Shown one piece after another: positions 61,709 through 64,000 of a stretch of 64,000 nt of DNA (the first letter of the stretch is position 1; each line of letters opens with the position of its first letter). The notes under the pieces were generated by a model. That model did not search any database. It was not told where the DNA came from and saw only the letters and a program-made list of their open reading frames with translations. The stretch lies in contig OY970061.1 of assembly GCA_963705255.1 (NCBI GenBank), forward strand, positions 832,001 through 896,000. The letters run 5' to 3'. The translations under genes and the position numbers were made by a program. This DNA comes from an uncultured Methanoregulaceae archaeon. GTDB taxonomy: Archaea; Halobacteriota; Methanomicrobia; Methanomicrobiales; Methanospirillaceae.

Positions 61709-63280
61709 ATGAAGAATCAGGTTATCGGTATGACTGCATCAATCGAACCAGAAAAAAGCACAATTGGCAAAATTACCGCGTCCGGAGAGATCATTGACGC
61801 ATCAAAAGAGGTTCTCCAGGCTGTGAGCAGGATAATCCAGATCTCTCCTGTCCCCCAGTTTCTGATAGACCAGGACCACCATGTGATCTGCTGGAATGGA
61901 GCCCTTGAAAAGGTAACCGGCGTAAAAGCAGAGGATATTGTCGGGACCTCCGAGCAGTGGAAGGCTTTCTATCCGGTACAACGGCCGTGCCTTGCCGATC
62001 TCCTTGTTGACGAGAATTACAGGGAGCTAGGGGCTTGGTACCCTGACAAATATTCCCCATCCAATCGTGAAGAAGATGCCTACGAAGCCACGGATTTCTT
62101 CCCTCAGATTAACGGCGGTAAATGGCTGCATTTTGCCGCAACTGCGATCAAGAACCGGGACAATGCCGTTATCGGGACTGTTGAGACCGTGGAAGAGGTT
62201 ACCGGGCGGAATCATGCGGAACTGCCATTTGAGGAGGTTGGTGCGGTCCTCCGCAGTTTCGATGGTAATACTGACATTATATGGGGGATAGCCGAGATCG
62301 TGGAAAATATCATTACTGACATATCGGACAGTTCAACTACCGCTGATACATGGAAAAAGCAAGAGATAAAAAAATTTGCCAGAACTGTTCCGTTTACGGA
62401 CACGTTTTCGGAAGACAATCTCCTGTGGATCGAACGCGTGAAAGAGAGCCACCATATCGATAAGCCGGTCACATTTGAATATGTAAAACGGTCCCTTGAG
62501 GGAGAACGCTGCCTTTCCTCAACGGTCTGCTATCTCGGGACATCGACACGCGGACACCAGCGGTTTGCCTATATGGTCCACGACACCACCGGTCAGAAAT
62601 GGGCAGAACATGCGCTCAAACTCTCCAACCGGAAACTGCATCTCATGAATATCATCGCTTGGCATGAGATACAGAACAAGGTTACCGGAATCCGCGGGTT
62701 TATTGAACTTTCAAAAGATCTGGCTGCAGATGAGGACACCCGGTTCTATATTGAAAAAGAAGAGGAGATTCTCAAGCAGATCCACGGGCTAATCCAGTGC
62801 TCGATCGAATACCAGCAGATCGGTATGAAGCCTCACCACTGGGAAAATGTCAGGAATACCATCAGTTCAGTCATCGCTATAATGGAGGTGGATTCTCTCC
62901 AGATGGACCTTGACGTTGGCTCCCTGGAACTGTTCTGCGATCCGATCCTTGGAAGGATGTTCTCACTCCTGATTGAAAACACGATAAAAAATCTCCATAC
63001 CTCCCCAAAAATCCACATCTGGTACAAAGAAACCACTGAAGGTCTGACCCTCTTCTATCAGGACAACAGTGCCGGTATTCCATTGAATCAGAAAGAGAGC
63101 CTGTCAGCTGGCACTATCATCAAGGCCGAGGACTTTTTTATGGCATTTGTACATGACATCCTCGAATTTTCCGGTATGGGAATCAAGGAGACCGGGGAAC
63201 AGGGAGGGGGAGTATGTTTCGAGATATCTGTCCCCGGAGACCGGTACCGGTTCGGTGACAACAACAGGCATGAAGATTAG
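61709..63280 (+). CDS. PAS-domain sensor histidine kinase-like protein
   Basis: PAS (WNGALE, RPCLADL); H-box WHEIQNK; degenerate HATPase. Confidence 0.8.
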   Translation: MKNQVIGMTASIEPEKSTIGKITASGEIIDASKEVLQAVSRIIQISPVPQFLIDQDHHVICWNGALEKVTGVKAEDIVGTSEQWKAFYPVQRPCLADLLVDENYRELGAWYPDKYSPSNREEDAYEATDFFPQINGGKWLHFAATAIKNRDNAVIGTVETVEEVTGRNHAELPFEEVGAVLRSFDGNTDIIWGIAEIVENIITDISDSSTTADTWKKQEIKKFARTVPFTDTFSEDNLLWIERVKESHHIDKPVTFEYVKRSLEGERCLSSTVCYLGTSTRGHQRFAYMVHDTTGQKWAEHALKLSNRKLHLMNIIAWHEIQNKVTGIRGFIELSKDLAADEDTRFYIEKEEEILKQIHGLIQCSIEYQQIGMKPHHWENVRNTISSVIAIMEVDSLQMDLDVGSLELFCDPILGRMFSLLIENTIKNLHTSPKIHIWYKETTEGLTLFYQDNSAGIPLNQKESLSAGTIIKAEDFFMAFVHDILEFSGMGIKETGEQGGGVCFEISVPGDRYRFGDNNRHED

Positions 63281-63474
63281 TAAGGATCTTTTCTGGCAGT
63301 AAATTTGGGAAACGGGTCGGAATTTCAGCCACGGATCCCGTTGCAGGGAGTTGCCTCAATAAGGCGCGGCATGGACAATGCCGGATACTGGTACTACGGG
63401 AGATTCAAGAGCAGGTGGTGAATGTGACGTGGCATGCCGATCAGAAAAACACCGGGACGGTATCGGAAGGCATC

Positions 63475-63897
63475 TCATGATGACGCCGGGTTACCCGGTT
63501 CTTCTGTACGGACGCTTATCACACCGACTACGGGACAGATGAAGATCTTACCGTCGCCTTGGCGCCCGCTCTGGTTGGCGTTGATGAGCAGCTGGACGAT
63601 GGAGCGGACATCTTCATCAGCTGCAGCGATCATCAGCATCCGTTGGGGAATAAACCCCAGCTCATATTCCTTCTCTTCGGGCTTGTCCAACCCGCTAACT
63701 GGACACCGCTTGTACAGTGGATGGATACCTAAATTCCGTTGTGCGGTACCTTCAGGGTCAGGTACGAGGATCGTATCTTTCTGCTGTCCACGGCCTGTGA
63801 CATGAAGATAGGTTACTCGTTTAATACCTGCGGTTGCAAGAGCATGTTTTGTCTTTTCGACAGCTTCGTCCCGGATTACTGCGATAACCTGTTTCAT
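63475..63897 (-). CDS. P-II family regulator, NifI2-like
   Basis: VIAVIR, VTGRGQQ, long T-loop, GDGKIF. Confidence 0.88.
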   Translation of the reverse strand: MKQVIAVIRDEAVEKTKHALATAGIKRVTYLHVTGRGQQKDTILVPDPEGTAQRNLGIHPLYKRCPVSGLDKPEEKEYELGFIPQRMLMIAAADEDVRSIVQLLINANQSGRQGDGKIFICPVVGVISVRTEEPGNPASS

Positions 63898-64000
63898 GGA
63901 CCCGGGGCCCCAATCGTTTTCAGAGTGGCGCGGATCGTGAATGATTCATCGACATAGGTCACAAAGATCTTCCCATCGTCAATCGCCCCCTCCTCTGTGC
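63894..64000 (-). CDS. P-II family regulator (NifI1-like), 3' part only
   Basis: ...EEGAIDDGKIFVTYVDESFTIRATLKTIGAPGP*; stop overlaps the next ATG. Confidence 0.8.
   Translation of the reverse strand, partial: TEEGAIDDGKIFVTYVDESFTIRATLKTIGAPGP

Noticed and set aside
1-64000. rRNA, tRNA, CRISPR arrays, integrase or intact transposase
   Set aside because: None recognised by eye; only two short transposase C-terminal remnants were found.

Overview
Archaeal chromosome segment; gene content and order point to a Methanomicrobiales methanogen (Methanoregula/Methanolinea-like), which is an inference. Positions 1 to ~12,250 form an AT-rich defence/cargo island: a Kiwa-like kwaAB pair, DUF262 + HEPN, a type II R-M pair, a TIR protein, an IS remnant, small membrane ORFs and a 268-bp tandem repeat. 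The GC-rich core follows. It holds an aromatic amino acid operon (two ADH synthases, DHQ synthase II, tyrA, pheA, aroA, aroK-aroE fusion, aroC), aroD, tpiA, an RLAN/RimK/YkgJ/GCS2 ligase cluster, a REC-PAS-PAS diadenylate cyclase, TFE-beta/Sm, three FBP aldolase/FBPase genes, Hsp20-CDC48, thiC, rnz, ferritin and a NifI-like P-II pair. Two signals stand out. (1) An unannotated 53-codon leader ORF directly upstream of the aromatic operon has 13 Phe/Tyr/Trp among its last 18 codons, suggesting ribosome-mediated attenuation in an archaeon. (2) Intergenic repeats carry ~45-60-nt two-hairpin mini-elements inserted into them and into each other. Several core genes have single-base frameshifts that are most likely assembly indels.
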